From: Eledone cirrhosa
Taxonomy: Eukaryota
Length of the DNA stretch: 64,000 nt
NCBI GenBank assembly: GCA_964016885.1
Contig: OZ024742.1
Span: 233,120,001-233,184,000, forward strand
Direction: 5' to 3'
Shown here: positions 51,830 through 64,000 of the stretch, in pieces
Numbering within the stretch: the first letter of the stretch is position 1
How the letters are laid out: every line of letters begins with the position of its first letter
The notes under the pieces: generated by a model
What the model was told of the DNA's origin: nothing
Seen by the model: the letters and a program-made list of their open reading frames with translations, nothing else
The model's database searches: none
Position numbers and translations under genes: made by a program

Positions 51830-54618
51830 ATTCTTCTGGTTTTATAATTTCACAAAGTTTTACCAATAGAAAGAGAGTCGGTTTCTGACATAGACACAAG
51901 ACTCTCTCATTGGAATTTACACATCAACTAGGTAGATATGTATGTATGTCTGCATGCATGCATGTGTAGATATGGATGTTATTGTATGTGTGGATGTGTA
52001 TGTTTTGAGTTGTATGTGCGCATGTGTATATGCTTTGTATCTGTACATGTGTATATGCAGTTATTAGATGCAAAATTTTTGGAATGTTTTACATATTTTT
52101 ACTGTTCCATTAATGGATTATACTTGTAATTTCCTAACTAGTTGTGTTCTTTCTGTTCCTGTGAAGCCTAGCTTCTCAAGATTTGTATTGAGGCAGTTAC
52201 TAATATATCCCAGTGCCCCAACAATCACAGGCATAAATCTGAAGGTGTAATCAGGGTGGAGTATCTGCAGATTTCTCATCAGTTCTGCATAAATATTCTC
52301 CTTTTCACTAATCTTTGATATTATATTGGCATCTGCTGGGCAGCTAATTTCCACTACTGTGCATATTTTCTTCTCCTTGTCCCATATCATAATATCTGGT
52401 CTGTTATGGCTGCATTTTATTGGGGTTTTTACTGGAACATTCCACCAGTACTCTTTCATATTATGTACATGGATGTCTTCCACATTGTTGAAGCTTTTAA
52501 TGTGTTTATTATCGGGGCTATCTTTTTTACGAACTGCATTGTACAGTGTTTTCGCCACTACATCATGCCTCATAGGTAGATAGTACCGCGATGATATCTT
52601 TGGGCAGCTGCTGATGACATGGGTGATATCCTCGATGTTAGTTCTGAAGAGTCTGCACTTGTTATCACATCTAGATGTTTTGCCTGCATCCCTATCTCTT
52701 TTGTGAATCAGGTATTTCGTGCTAATCTCCTGTTCTTGGATTGCAAAAGCGTATCCTTCAAAGTGGGAGCCAATATAACGGTTGTTGATCCAAGATAGAC
52801 TACTTTCCTTATCTATATTACTCTCACTCTGGAGCTTCCTGGCAACATATCCATGCATGATTTTTTGCTGATTGGCATGCAGTTTTTCATCCATGGATTC
52901 ACTGCGATACTGCTGAGCGACATCCCTGGGTGTGAGTTTTTGATTATCACACAGGGAATATCTCCCAAGAAGTTCCTTCCCAACTCTCATGATCTTATCT
53001 GTTTCATGCAGATAGACTTGCTCGATAAGCGGGCTCCTACGCTTCGAGGTTCGTAGATGTTGTCGGAGAGATATGATGCGACATTCAAATGTTGTCTGGA
53101 CTGATGTTAGGCCTCTGCCTCCCTGCTTACGTTTCAAGTAAAGGCGGTCTATGTCACTGTTGATGTGGAAGTTTCCGGTGTTGTTCAGTATTTTTCGAGT
53201 TCCAACATCAACTGCTCGGATTTCGTCTATCGTCCAATTGAGTATTCCAAACGTTGGTGTTAGGACAGGCACAGCAAACACATTGTGAGTCACTGTTTTG
53301 TTTTGCGCAGAGAGTTCCGATGACCAGATCTTTCTTAATCGGGTGTAGTATTCCCTGGTTACGCGTTCTTTATTACAGATACCATTATAGGATATGTTCT
53401 CATCTATCCCCAGGTATCTGTAGCAGTCCTCATCAGATATCGGTGAAACAGTTAGACCATTGATGACAATGTTGCTAGATTGGGTTGTTGTTTTTCCCCG
53501 CTTTACAGTCATGTATGAGCATTTATCCTGGCCAAACTCCATTCCTATATCCTTTGAGAACGTTGTAACCAGGTGAAGATTTTTCTTCATCCCATCCATG
53601 TTCTTGGCATAGAGTTTCAGATCGTCCACAAAGAAGTTATGGGTTAGGTTCGTATTTCTGTCCTCCTGTGAGCCAATGATGTATCCCTCACATTCTTGAG
53701 CAGAAAGGACAAGTGGTTTAATGACAAGATGAACAATATCACAGAGAGACTGTCCCCCTGAAATATACCCCTGCAATATTTTATTTTATCAGTGAAAATA
53801 GAGTCCTCCTTCTCTGTCTTTAACCTTAGGATAGTAGCCCAAGAAGAAGACAGCCTCTCTATGGCTCTGACAATAATGTCTGGGACTTTAGCAAGTTGGA
53901 GGGCTTCTATCATCCAAGAGTGGGGAACAGAATCGAAAGCTTTCTTGTAGTCCAGCCAGACTGTAGTCATATTCCTCCTAAGTTGTCGCACCTCCGACAT
54001 CGCAGTTTTGTTGATTAGAAGTTGTTCAGCACATCTCCAAACCCCTTTCTTTCCAGCTGCTTGTTCATCTGTGATGATGTTATTATTTTCACAGTGATCT
54101 TGGAGGAATAGGTTCAGGCAGGCTGTATACATCTTATACATCAGGTTCTGGCATGCAATGGGTCGGTAGTTTTTTGCCAAGTGGGTGTCTTTGTTCTTGG
54201 GGACCAGTAACGTTTGTGCTAATGTCAACCATTCTGGTATAAGTGTATCTCCCTTAAGAACTTGTTGGTAGAGGTCAGTAAGATACCTCCGATAGAATAT
54301 CAGTTTTTTGTACCAGTAGCCAACAATCATGTCTCTTCCTGGTGTTTTCTTATCTTGGAGTTTTCCTATCACAGTCTCAAGGGTACCCTCACTTATTTCA
54401 TATGTTTTTGTTGTAGTGTAGGAGCAATAGTTCTTTCGGATTTCTCTTAGCCACACTGCATCTTGGTTGAAATTCTTCTTTTCACCCCATATTTTTCTCC
54501 AAAAGGAATCTATGTCTTTCTGGGATGGGGCCTCAGTGACACTTATTATTTTGCCCTTCATATCTCTATAGACTGATGTTTGGTTTCGTCTGAATCTTTT
54601 ATTAAGCATTTTTCTCTC
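51830..54618 (-). mobile_element. R4/Dong-like non-LTR retrotransposon (RT, CCHC, restriction-like endonuclease), 5'-truncated and inactivated
   Basis: NYRPIACQNLMYK, WLDYKKAFDSVPH, RGIFQGDSLS, FVDDLKLY, YRYLGI, CRL..E...HVISSC, RHD and RPDI..E..KE..Y. One frameshift near 53690; premature TAA at 52118-52120 (CAA in the neighbouring copy). Confidence 0.92.
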
Positions 54619-54722
54619 GTATGTATGTATGTATGTATGTATGTGTATGTATGTATGTATGTATGTATGTATGTATGTATGTATGTATGTATGTATGTAT
54701 GTATGTATGTATGTATGTATGT
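54619..54722. repeat. (TATG)n microsatellite
   Basis: Directly visible; forms the 5' flank of the R4-like element. Confidence 0.95.
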
Positions 54723-54798
54723 ACACACACACATATGTATTTTTTTTTCCTTTATGAAAATTAATATCCTAAAATCTCGTTTCAATATTTATTTACAG

Positions 54799-54864
54799 TA
54801 TATGGATGAAAGTAAAACTCTACAAATTATATGCCGTCTGAATAGAGTGGTGCTGATTTTAAAG
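54799..54864 (+). CDS. TDO2: TDO exon (YMDESKTLQIICRLNRVVLILK)
   Basis: TTTACAG acceptor and GTAGGT donor; 66 nt, phase 0 to 0; matches the DE..L.I..RL.R..LILK segment expected next in TDO. Confidence 0.92.
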
Positions 54865-55020
54865 GTAGGTCATGCTGTTAATACGTCAATCAGATTTCTT
54901 TTTATTTATACAAATACTATAAAAGATTTTATACCAATTCGAAGTTCATCTTGTTGGCATAAACCGTCGAGCTTCGGACTAAATTATCTACAATACTAAG
55001 TGTTGTTCATCTACATACAC

Positions 55021-55228
55021 CAGAGGTTCTTAAACGTTTTGAGCCACCGTAATACCCTCAACGCACCCACTCCTATTTTCAGAGAGACCTGCCTATATAT
55101 AAATAAATATTATTTAGCTTCTCCGTTCCTCCCAACGCTCTCTTTTTCTCTAGCGCGGATCCTGGACTTCTCAACGAACCCCCCGGGGGGGGGGGGGGGG
55201 GTCATAGTACCCACTTTCATAACCTCTG
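55021..55228. mobile_element. hAT-like MITE
   Basis: TIR CAGAGGTT / AACCTCTG; decayed 8-bp flanks. Confidence 0.6.
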
Positions 55229-55805
55229 ATCTAAACCATGTGTTCACATACTGGCAGAATTAATTTATTTTGCTTCTTCAATGAGAGAATTTAAATTGAC
55301 TGAACAAGTCATATAATTCATAATTTTCTTTTCTGAATTAAGTGATTTTATTTTTAACCTAATTTATTTTTAACCGCTTGGTTATTGAGGTAGGGCTGCG
55401 TTTTGATCATTCTATTTTTCAGATCTTCCAAGATTGACGTGAGGAAAGGTTGTGGGCTATCCTCAACCTGGAGAGTTGTTCCGCATATTTGCAATAACGT
55501 GAATTCTATTAAAAGCACCTAGGGACTTGATAGTCGTATTAAACCAGATAATTGTTTAAGCACACCACTGTATAACTATATGAAGAGGGCTGGAGCAATA
55601 CTGCATGATATTTTGTCTTGTACTCTAATGACTCTACCAATTCGCCGTTTAGCATTAGCTTTAACATATGAATAATACTTGCTTCAGTTAATATTACTGA
55701 ACATAGGCAGAGCTCATATTTCTAAATACGATAATCTTAGAAAGACTATTCAGAACTTCATGGTTATAGTTGGTTTCTCTAGTTGATTTTTACTGCACCA
55801 CTGAA

Positions 55806-55985
55806 ATGGCGCAGGCGTGGTTGTTTAGTTAAGAAATTCTCTTCGGAAATACGTAGTTCTGGGTTCGATTTCACAGTGCAGTATTTTAAGCAAAGGACTT
55901 CTATTAAAGTTTTAGGCAGATCAAAACCTTACGGTTAGAATTTGATACACGGAAATTGTACAGAGGCCGTCGTGCACACACGCAC
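55806..55985 (+). mobile_element. tRNA-derived SINE, family C (diverged)
   Basis: GGCGCAGGCGTGG..GGGTTCGATT..ACGGAAATTGTACAGAGGCCGTCG followed by a microsatellite tail. Confidence 0.6.
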
Positions 55986-56102
55986 ACGCACACACACATA
56001 CGCACGCACGCGTGCGTATATGTATACAATTATATTTGGGAAAAGTAAACAAGTTTTTTTACCTATTTACTTTGTTGTCCCGACATTTGGGAAAAGTAAT
56101 AT

Positions 56103-56474
56103 ACAGTGTACCCGCGGAATTCACGGTCCCGGTTATTCGCGGAGTTTTCCTTAGAACCTAACTAATAATTGTTCGTGGAAACCACCGCATATTCGTGGAA
56201 TCGTAAAACTCTCCCACGATTTTTTACTGTCTTTTTTCGTGGCAATTTCGTGGCAAATTTTTTAACGCTAAATTATTAATAACAATATACCGTATTTGCC
56301 AACTTATTGGATGCTTCTTCGCATATTATATTATATTTTATTATATTTTATTATATTTTACGTTATATTTTGAGGTTTATAGGAATTTTTATGGACCACA
56401 TCCAATATTCGCGGCTTTTCACTCTTCGCGGGTGATCTAGGAACGTAACACCCGCGAATACCAGGCGACAACTG
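56103..56474. mobile_element. pogo/Tigger-like MITE
   Basis: TA|CAGT..TATTCGCGG / CCGCGAATA..ACTG ends with repeated TATTCGCGG motifs. Confidence 0.6.
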
Positions 56475-56478
56475 TGTG

Positions 56479-56504
<26 letters not shown>

Positions 56505-56510
<6 letters not shown>

Positions 56511-57062
56511 TGGGTGTATATATAATGTATTTTGCAATACACTTTATGCTTAATTAAAAGCATTTTGAAGACCGTATGCTATTGTTTTAGAGTAGTGACA
56601 AATTCACTTACTTTAATCTCAGCAAACAGGGGAGATAAGCCGACAAGGGTCTTGTTTCGCTTTTGTTGAAGCTTATCAAGGCTAACTACCCCTCCTGTCT
56701 ACTGAGATTACTGATGTTATATTCTTATAGAATTCTAGTAAATAATCAGGAGCTGATTATACAGAGCGATTGTTGGTCAGGCAGAAATTAAAAATTAGAA
56801 TTGGAGCTCTGAAATAGCAATATATATATGGGTGTATATATAATGTATTTTGCAATACACTTTATGCTTAATTAAAAGCGAAACAAGGCCCTTGTCGGCT
56901 TATCTCCCCTGTTTGCTGAGATTAAAGTAAGTGAATTTGTCACTACTCTAAAACAATAGCATACGGTCTTCAAAATGCTTTTAATTAAGCATAAAGTGTA
57001 TTGCAAAATACATTATATATACACCCATATATATATTGCTATTTCAGAGCTCCAATTCTAAT
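56505..57062. mobile_element. Retrozyme-like non-coding element: ~1.2 copies of a 318-nt unit (-) plus an inverted partial copy (+)
   Basis: TGGGTGTATATATAATGTATTTTGC recurs at 56511 and 56829; 56874-57062 is an inverted copy; no ORF; (TA)n flanks. Confidence 0.8.
56613..56710 (-). ncRNA. Full type I hammerhead ribozyme with U3-A8 core variant and extended stem I (core 56638-56683)
   Basis: AGCC-TTGATAA-GCTT-CAACAA-AAGC-GAAAC-AAG-ACC-CTT-GTC-GGCT; distal stem I TAATCTCAGTAGACAGG / CCTGTTTGCTGAGATTA (17 bp including two G-U). Confidence 0.8.
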
Positions 57063-57101
57063 ATATATATATAGATACATACTCACACAAACACATAGAT
57101 A

Positions 57102-57300
57102 TACGCGGGTGAGCTGAAAACTTTATAGGCTACCAAGATACTCTCATGGAATAACCAAATGAGTTTTATTTTTCAATATAGTCCCTGGAAAGAAATAATG
57201 CAGTTATTAATAAGGAAAGTTAAAATTATTGTATGTAAGATTTCACAGCTCTAGTAACAATCCTTCATAGCCAGCTCATGAACATTTCAGCCGACCCTCT
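57102..57300. mobile_element. Mariner-type MITE
   Basis: TACGCGGGTGAGCTGAAAACTTTATAGGCT / AGCTCATGAACATTTCAGCCGACCCTCTA imperfect TIRs. Confidence 0.55.
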
Positions 57301-57330
57301 ATATACCTCATACATACGCACATATGTATG

Positions 57331-57404
<74 letters not shown>

Positions 57405-57479
57405 CTAAAGGTGGAGGAAATATATCAATTTCTGCGGATCCACTGTAGACTCTTTCGGAATCCACTTACTGTCCTGTCG

Positions 57480-57960
57480 CTGCAGTGCCGGCCGCCTTGC
57501 TGCTTTCAACGAGGAGATGGCTTGGAGGCTGCAGGCTTCTACTCCCAGCTCGAGCCGGTGGGGCTGGACCGAGGGGACGGCAAGAGGCCAGACGGCATGA
57601 CTATCTTCCTGTTCCGCGGTGGTAAACTCCTCATCTGAGATGCCACATGCAGCGACACATTCTCCAGTGGCAACCTGGTGCAGTCTGCGACTAACCCAGG
57701 CTCTCCTGCACTTCGGGCTGAGGATGGCAAACTCCCCAAATATCGGTCGCTCTCCAACAGGTTTGCGGTCGAGCCCGAAGCAGGGAAGACTTCTGGTGTC
57801 CTTGGCCCTAGGGCCACCTCCCTACTCACCACCATCGGCACAGAACTGGCTACCCGCAGGTGTGAACCTCGCGAGCTGGAATGACTCTTCCAGCGCGTCT
57901 CCCTCACCATCCTCCGGGGAAACGCCTTCTTTATTCTGTCCGCCGGGGCCACGGGACGCC
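57480..57960 (+). mobile_element. CRE-like non-LTR retrotransposon 3' fragment (RLE domain)
   Basis: LEPVGLDRGDGKRPDGMTI..LLI*DATCSDT..AEDGKLPKY..GVLGPRA..*LFQRVSLTILRGNAF. Confidence 0.85.
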
Positions 57961-59111
57961 CAGTGCCAGTGCAATACAGAATTGAATCTTTCTCACTTCG
58001 CTCTCTGTCGTTCTATTTCTCTGGAAGAAATCAGCTGTGGTCCGACCTAGAGACGGGTGGGTTCCGACAGGTTTAAATACCCTAAACACGCCGTTTGTCT
58101 TGACGACGCCCCTTTGAATCTTTCAGGAGTTAAGAGGTAAAGAAAATATGTCTTCTTAATGCCAGTTCTAATTTAATTATAATGAATCCAATGTTAATTT
58201 AAATTAATGATTTCTACGCAAACACCACAAATGAAAGAAGAGCAGTAAGTAAAAAATATCATCAACTAAGTCTGGCGCCTGTATTTAGCACCCTAGGCTG
58301 GTCCTACCCCTTCCTCCAGTTATGCATCCCATTCTGCCAAATGAAATAACTTCAATTTATACTTCCGCAAACTGACAAACCTAATTTTTGGCATTTTTTA
58401 TTTTGACCATACTAAGAAAATTACCATGTTTGCATTTTCCACTACCTAGTCCACACTCACCCACACCAAATCAAATAACACTTTGGATATTTCCATAACA
58501 TTGCTGGTTTTTTTTAATCATTGTCGAATGTGTCGGTAGGGTGTGATTTGAGTACTTTAATAATCGCAAGAAATTATTATATATTTTATTTAATTATACA
58601 TATTTGTATGAAACTGTGACCCTTTATAGTTCAATAATGCACTTCCTGGAGGTCTGCGCTCTCGGCGGCTGCTTAGTTGACCGAATGGAAGTACCAAGTA
58701 GGTGTCTCCATGTATACACCTACTTGTGCAATCCACCGCATTTCTACAGCTACTTTATAACGAGAGGAAATTAGTTGAAGGGAGAGATGATTCTATGCTG
58801 TTGGTGATGTTGGTGGTGTGAATTGAGCCTGGCGTTTAAAATAATCGTTGTTACCTTGCTCTCGTACATTATCAGAAACTGTATACGAAGTGAAATGTGT
58901 TGAAATTTTATGCAGCATTAGCAAATGTATCAGGAGGCAGTTCATAATGTCAAGGTCACCAATATAGCAAATTGAAAGTTGGTGAGTTGTGTAACGAGGA
59001 AATGTGCGTTGTGTATATGTAGCGTTGGAAGGAATCGGCTTGTGTTTGTTGTTGTTCATCTGAGCCTGGCAGAGGTTGAAGTAGTAAAGTTGTTGGCTTG
59101 CTGGGTGATTA

Positions 59112-60063
59112 TACTATGTAACAAAAATTTGACATTTTTTTTCTTTGGTCAATAAGTACTATTTCCTGCACTCTTCTACATAGAAAGCACAGGAAAAGAC
59201 TATTATTCTCCTCTAAATTTGATTTTGTGACTCTGCCAATAGTTGATCCCCGGAAGGTATTGTTCCCTCCACTTCACTTAAAATTTAGTCTTATGAAACA
59301 ATTTGTCACAGCTCTAGATAATAAGTCGACAGCCTTCAAGTACCTCTGGGACTTCTTCCCTAAGCTGTCTGAGGCAAAAGTGAAAGATGCTGTCTTTGTC
59401 GGATCACAAGGACCATAAGGAAGATCATGGAGTACAAGGAATTCCAGAATAAGCTCACTAAGACAGAGGAGGCAGCGCGGAACAGCTTTGTTGCAGTAGT
59501 TCGGGTCTTCCTGGGGAATCACACGACCGAAAATTATGTGGAGCTTGTTGAGACCCTGGTGACGAACTTCGGCAAAATGGGTTGCAGGATGTCCCGCAAA
59601 GTACATATCCTTGACGCTCATCTTGATAAATTCAAGGGGAAGCATACTCTGAAGAGCAAGCTGAGCACGTCCGCCAAGATATATTTGGTTTTGAACGACG
59701 CTACCAAGGATCATATAATGAAAACATGATGGGAGACAATATAGAGGGTAGGGGGTGATTCGTGAAGGCAATTTGCAGCTTAAGCGTAAATCCCGACGAC
59801 TCACTCACTTTTAAGTTTTTTGTATAATGCTAGAATAAATAAATGCTACTTTTTTAATCATATGTCATTTTATTCCAACTTTGCATGAACGGGAATGTCC
59901 ACATTTGGCATTTTTCCCAATGGGATTAGGTAAATTTAGAAATATTATCATGGCCATAAAAGCAAAGTTTTAAGGAAATATTAGTCATTTTTCATACTTT
60001 CTAGGCATAAGCAAATAGGAAATAATAGTAGCTATCCAAGGACAAAAATCGTGTTACAAAGTG
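59112..60063 (+). mobile_element. Internally deleted Chapaev3-like (CMC) DNA transposon
   Basis: VDPRKVLFPPLHLK..FPKLSEAKVK..FVG..FLGN..GCRMS.KVHILDAHLD..RRYQG; TIRs TACTATGTAACAAAAATTT / AAAATCGTGTTACAAAGTG. Confidence 0.8.
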
Positions 60064-60311
60064 TTATACACCAGGTAAAAATTGTTCCATATATAAGCGG
60101 TGTGGTGAAAATGCCGAGGAATAAACAAGTAAAACATTGTCGCTACTAAAAATATATTTATTAAGTCAATGGCTTGCTACGAAGCTACCATAGACAATGT
60201 AACGAAAATAAGGCTGAAGTTGTAACATATGCGTGTGTGCAATGATTTAAATATGCTATTTACCATTTTTGTAATGAGATGATAGCCGTTTGCCTGAGAG
60301 AGGGAGAGGGA

Positions 60312-60346
<35 letters not shown>

Positions 60347-60879
60347 ACCGCTTGAAATCCTCTCTGCAACTACTTTGTTGCCTCCAATAGTTGCTATTTA
60401 TCAGAATCGGTCATTCTGTCCCCAGAGGTTGAGAATAGGCAGAGCCGATTTTTATGTCAAAAGTATATATACGATTACAATAAAATGATTACAATAAAAA
60501 CGATTACAATAAAAACTTATCTATGAGGCCACACAAGGTCAAATTTTTGGTGACCGCTTAATAGAATGAACGAAACCCTATTAAAGAGAGTATAAAATTA
60601 CTGCTACAACTTTACATTAACCTTCTTATGTCTTTTGTAATAACAAAAAAAAAAATATTATCAACAAATGTTAGAACTATAATTTAATGTGTTGAAAACT
60701 TGCTTTTCCAGCAGTAAATTTGCTATTTTCTTACATAGCAACCTAATCTATTGAAAAGATAATACACATTTTATATATTAGTCACCACTCCTTAACGAAT
60801 TATCCAAATACCAACACGTATCAAGTTTCAAGTAAGTCTGGAGGGTAAACATATATAAACTCGTAAACAACTTCAGCTA

Positions 60880-61360
60880 CTTCACTGTAGATATTGGAGG
60901 AAATAGGAAAGCTGATGAATTAGCAAAAGAGGGATCAAAAAGGGAAATAAGAGATATACAACCCAAAGCATACAGCCCAAATTTTTCGCAGGTACAATCC
61001 TTCACTTTCTCAACCAGATTTGACAACATTCAAAACTTATCGATCATTGAGTAATGCAAAAAAAAAAAAAAAAAAAAAAAAAAGACTATACTGGCTTTGA
61101 ACTGGACATATACTTTTGAACTATATTCTATCAAGAATAAGTCGTAGAGATTCACCTCTATGTTCTTGTGGGGACTCTCCAGAAACTATTTGGCACTATT
61201 TGTTCCAATGTAGAAACTATCAGTCTGTGGGAAAGTCCATGCCGAAACCAATCTTTTAAAAACTACCAAGATTGGAAGTTCAATATTTGATTACAGGTCT
61301 ACCAAATATAAACAAAATATTTGAATATATGGAAGCTACGAAAAGATTCAACAACAGAAA
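60880..61360 (+). mobile_element. Degenerate 3' end of an RNase H-containing LINE (I/Loa-like)
   Basis: H.DIGGNRKADELAKEG (RNase H C-terminus) and SPLCSCGDSPETIWHYLFQC (CCHC). Confidence 0.65.
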
Positions 61361-62034
61361 CTTCTAGCTGCTTACAGCTTCTCTTCTTTCTTATTTTCCT
61401 TTTCTTTTTCGTTTTCTTATGTATAATCTGCCTCCCATTGACCTTCAATATTTAAAATTTATATTTTTTCTGTTTTTCCCCTTTTTTAATTAATTAATTT
61501 TTTTATTACTTGTCTCACTAGCTCTTTTTGATTACCCACTGTAAGGAGTACTCAATACTTTCCTTAGTCTCTCATGGCTTATTAGCTCTATCGACAGTCG
61601 ATCGACCTTCGTCAAATCGGACCGAGGAAACAATGTTTCCGTTGGTCTTTCCAATTACTAATACTATCTATCGGTCGCAACTCCAGGTAGAAGGAGCAAC
61701 GTAAAATAAAGTGTCTTGCTCAAGGACATAACGCATCGCCTGGTCCAGGAATCGAACTCACAACCTCACAATTGCAAATCCAATTCTCTTACCACTCATC
61801 CTTCACTCTAGCTCTATATGGACGTTTAATTTGATTAAATAAAATAAAATAATAAGAATATTTAATTCACAAGCTGGTGTACATAAACCGGTTTACGATA
61901 TTTACTTTTGATGTTCGTTAATGCAGGGCGGAATTTACCTACTTGTGGGCCACAGCCAAATTCGTCAGTAGGCCCCCGGATTTATAGAACTATTGACATG
62001 TTTCCGCCTCCAACTTAGTCGCTTCAACCACAAA

Positions 62035-62310
62035 CCCCGGAAGCACGACCCGCTATGCAGAGGAAATGAAGATAAACAAATACCGGGGATTGTCTAGCCG
62101 CTTCCTCTTCGCACCGGTCGCCGTCGAGACCTCAAGTGTACTTGGACCTTGCATACCCCAACTCCTCCGCAAGATCGGAAAGTCGGCGGCCCGTCTGATC
62201 ATGGAGGTCAATGAGGTGAGGAGGGTGTTGCAGCGAGTGTCACTGGCCATATTCCGCGGGACGTAGCCCCATTACTGCCGCGCCCTAGGCCTAGAGCCCA
62301 ATCACATCTC
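62035..62310 (+). mobile_element. CRE-like RLE 3' fragment
   Basis: AEEMKINKYRGLSSRFLFAPVAVETSSVLGP..LQRVSLAIFRG. Confidence 0.8.
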
Positions 62311-62355
62311 CCCCTCCCCATTCTTCTGTGACCATAAAACCCTGATTTGAGTAAA

Positions 62356-62535
62356 TAATTGTTTCGACTTTTGGCACAAGGTCAGCAATTACCCAGTACA
62401 TTACTGGTACTTTATTTTATCGACTTCGTAAGGATGAAAGGCAAAGTTAACCTTGACGGGATTTGAACTCAGACCGTAAAGGGACGTAACTATGCTAGAA
62501 AGCATGGCGTCCAACCCTCTACCGATACTGCCAAA
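62356..62535 (-). mobile_element. SINE family A
   Basis: Near-consensus reverse copy. Confidence 0.9.
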
Positions 62536-62714
62536 ATGACTGTAAAGATGCTTTAAGCATTTCTCCTCACTCTTTAGATAAGGAGTGAGAGAACACATCA
62601 AGACGGACAACTGACACTGCACACCAGCTCCGAACGCAGAAGAGCCGAACTCCCACTGTCATCGCCTCTATCTCTCTCGCCTTCCCCATCTCTCTGTATT
62701 ATGAGCAAATGGGG

Positions 62715-62990
62715 TCCCATGTGCTGGCCGCTCCACGGCCCTGGCGGACAGTAAAGAGAACACGTTTCCCCAGAGGGTGGTAAGGGTGATGCGCTGGAAC
62801 AGCCATTCCATTTCACGAGGCTCACACCTGCGGCTAGCCAACTCAGCGCCTATGGTGGTAAGTAGGGAGGTAGCCCTAAGGCCACGAACACCAGAAGTCT
62901 CCACAGTTAGGGACTCGACTACAAACCTGTCGGAGAGCGACCGATACTTGGAAAGTTTACCCTCTTCAGCCTGAAGTGCAGCAGAGCCTT
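62715..62990 (-). mobile_element. CRE-like RLE 3' fragment (57480 subfamily)
   Basis: VETSGVRGLRATSLLTTIGAELASRRCEPREMEWLFQRITLTTLWGNVF. Confidence 0.8.
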
Positions 62991-64000
62991 TGATGATAAG
63001 GAAGAATATTACAATGAGGCTTTACATAGAGCAGGATACGCGAATAAAATTAAATACTTAGATAACAATAACATGACAAATCATCCTAGAATTCATGAGT
63101 TCAAATTCCGCCGAGGTTGACTTTGCCTTTCATCCTTACGGGGTCGATAAAATAAAGTACCAGTAATGCACTGGTTATTTGCTGGCCTTGTGCCTAAAGT
63201 AGAAACAATGATAATAACAATAAACAATTCAACTTAAATACTAAACCAAACAAAAAACCTAGAACTAGAAATATCATTTGGTATTCTCCCCCATTCTCAT
63301 TAAGCGTTAAAACACCTTTAGCAAAGGTATTTTTTAAAGCACTAGATAAGTGTTTTCCTAAAGCGCACAGATACCACTCTATTTTTAACAGACACCCTAT
63401 AAAACTATCCTACTCTACTACTATGAACATAGCACAAAAAAAAAAAAAAAAAATATAATTAATAATAGAAACTTAAATTTAAACCCTAACCAAACAATCC
63501 AAGATAGCAATAATAATATTTCAAACAACAATATTCATAATAATAGTACCGTTCCGAATAACAACTCCAGAAAATGTAACTGTAGAATTAAATCAAACTG
63601 CCCTTTACAAAATAATTGCTTAGACAAAAACGTAATTTATAAATGCACAGTTAAAACTAGAGACAATATTTAACTATATTGGTGCCACTTCTACAAAATT
63701 CAAAGAACGTTGGTATAACCATACATTTAATAGATCCGATAAAAAATCTTCCACTTCACTTTCACATTTAATTTGGAACTTAAAAGACAACAATATAGAC
63801 TTTTCAATGTCTTGGGGAACGATTTCGAAAGCACCTGCATACCGAAATATGGCTTTCTCAAGATTCTGTCATTTGTGTATCGGGGAATTTTTTTTATATA
63901 ATTAACTGTCAAAACTCTATTAATCTTAAAACAGAATTATTTTCTAGTTGCAGACATCGCCAAAATTCCACTTTCAGAAGTATTTTTAATTTATGATATT
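62990..64000 (+). mobile_element. Degenerate Penelope-like element 3' part (GIY-YIG), interrupted by a SINE at 63095-63212
   Basis: YYNEALHRAGY, RNIIWYSPPFS, CNCRIKSNCPLQNNCLDKNVIYKC, YIGATSTKFKERWYNH, CHLC and SSCRHR. Confidence 0.8.

Noticed and set aside
55420-55440. Candidate next TDO exon after TTTTTCAG
   Set aside because: Stop codon after four codons in the required phase and no TDO similarity; no ETMT-type exon was found in the window.

Overview
AT-rich, microsatellite-dense animal genomic DNA. The repeat content (>30 copies of one tRNA-derived SINE plus other SINEs typical of octopus) suggests an octopod cephalopod; this is an inference. The only host gene I can support is missed by the ORF track: four + strand GT-AG exons (37108-37161, 39047-39137, 39789-39856, 54799-54864) splice in frame into the N-terminal part of tryptophan 2,3-dioxygenase (TDO/vermilion), and the rest of the gene lies beyond the window. 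Everything else recognisable is transposon-derived: a Penelope-like element (RT + GIY-YIG) in a +/-/+ palindromic array with three hammerhead ribozymes, an R4/Dong-like RLE retrotransposon whose four copies all sit in (TACA)n, CRE-, RTE- and RNase H-type LINE remnants, Tc1/mariner, hAT and Chapaev-like remnants, tandem Helitrons and a MITE-derived satellite. The most striking signal is a set of hammerhead-ribozyme mini-elements. The best is a 318-nt circularly permuted, retrozyme-like unit (56505-57062) with a full type I hammerhead carrying a compensatory U3-A8 core. All structures and homologies were read by eye; no search or folding was run, and repeat boundaries are approximate.
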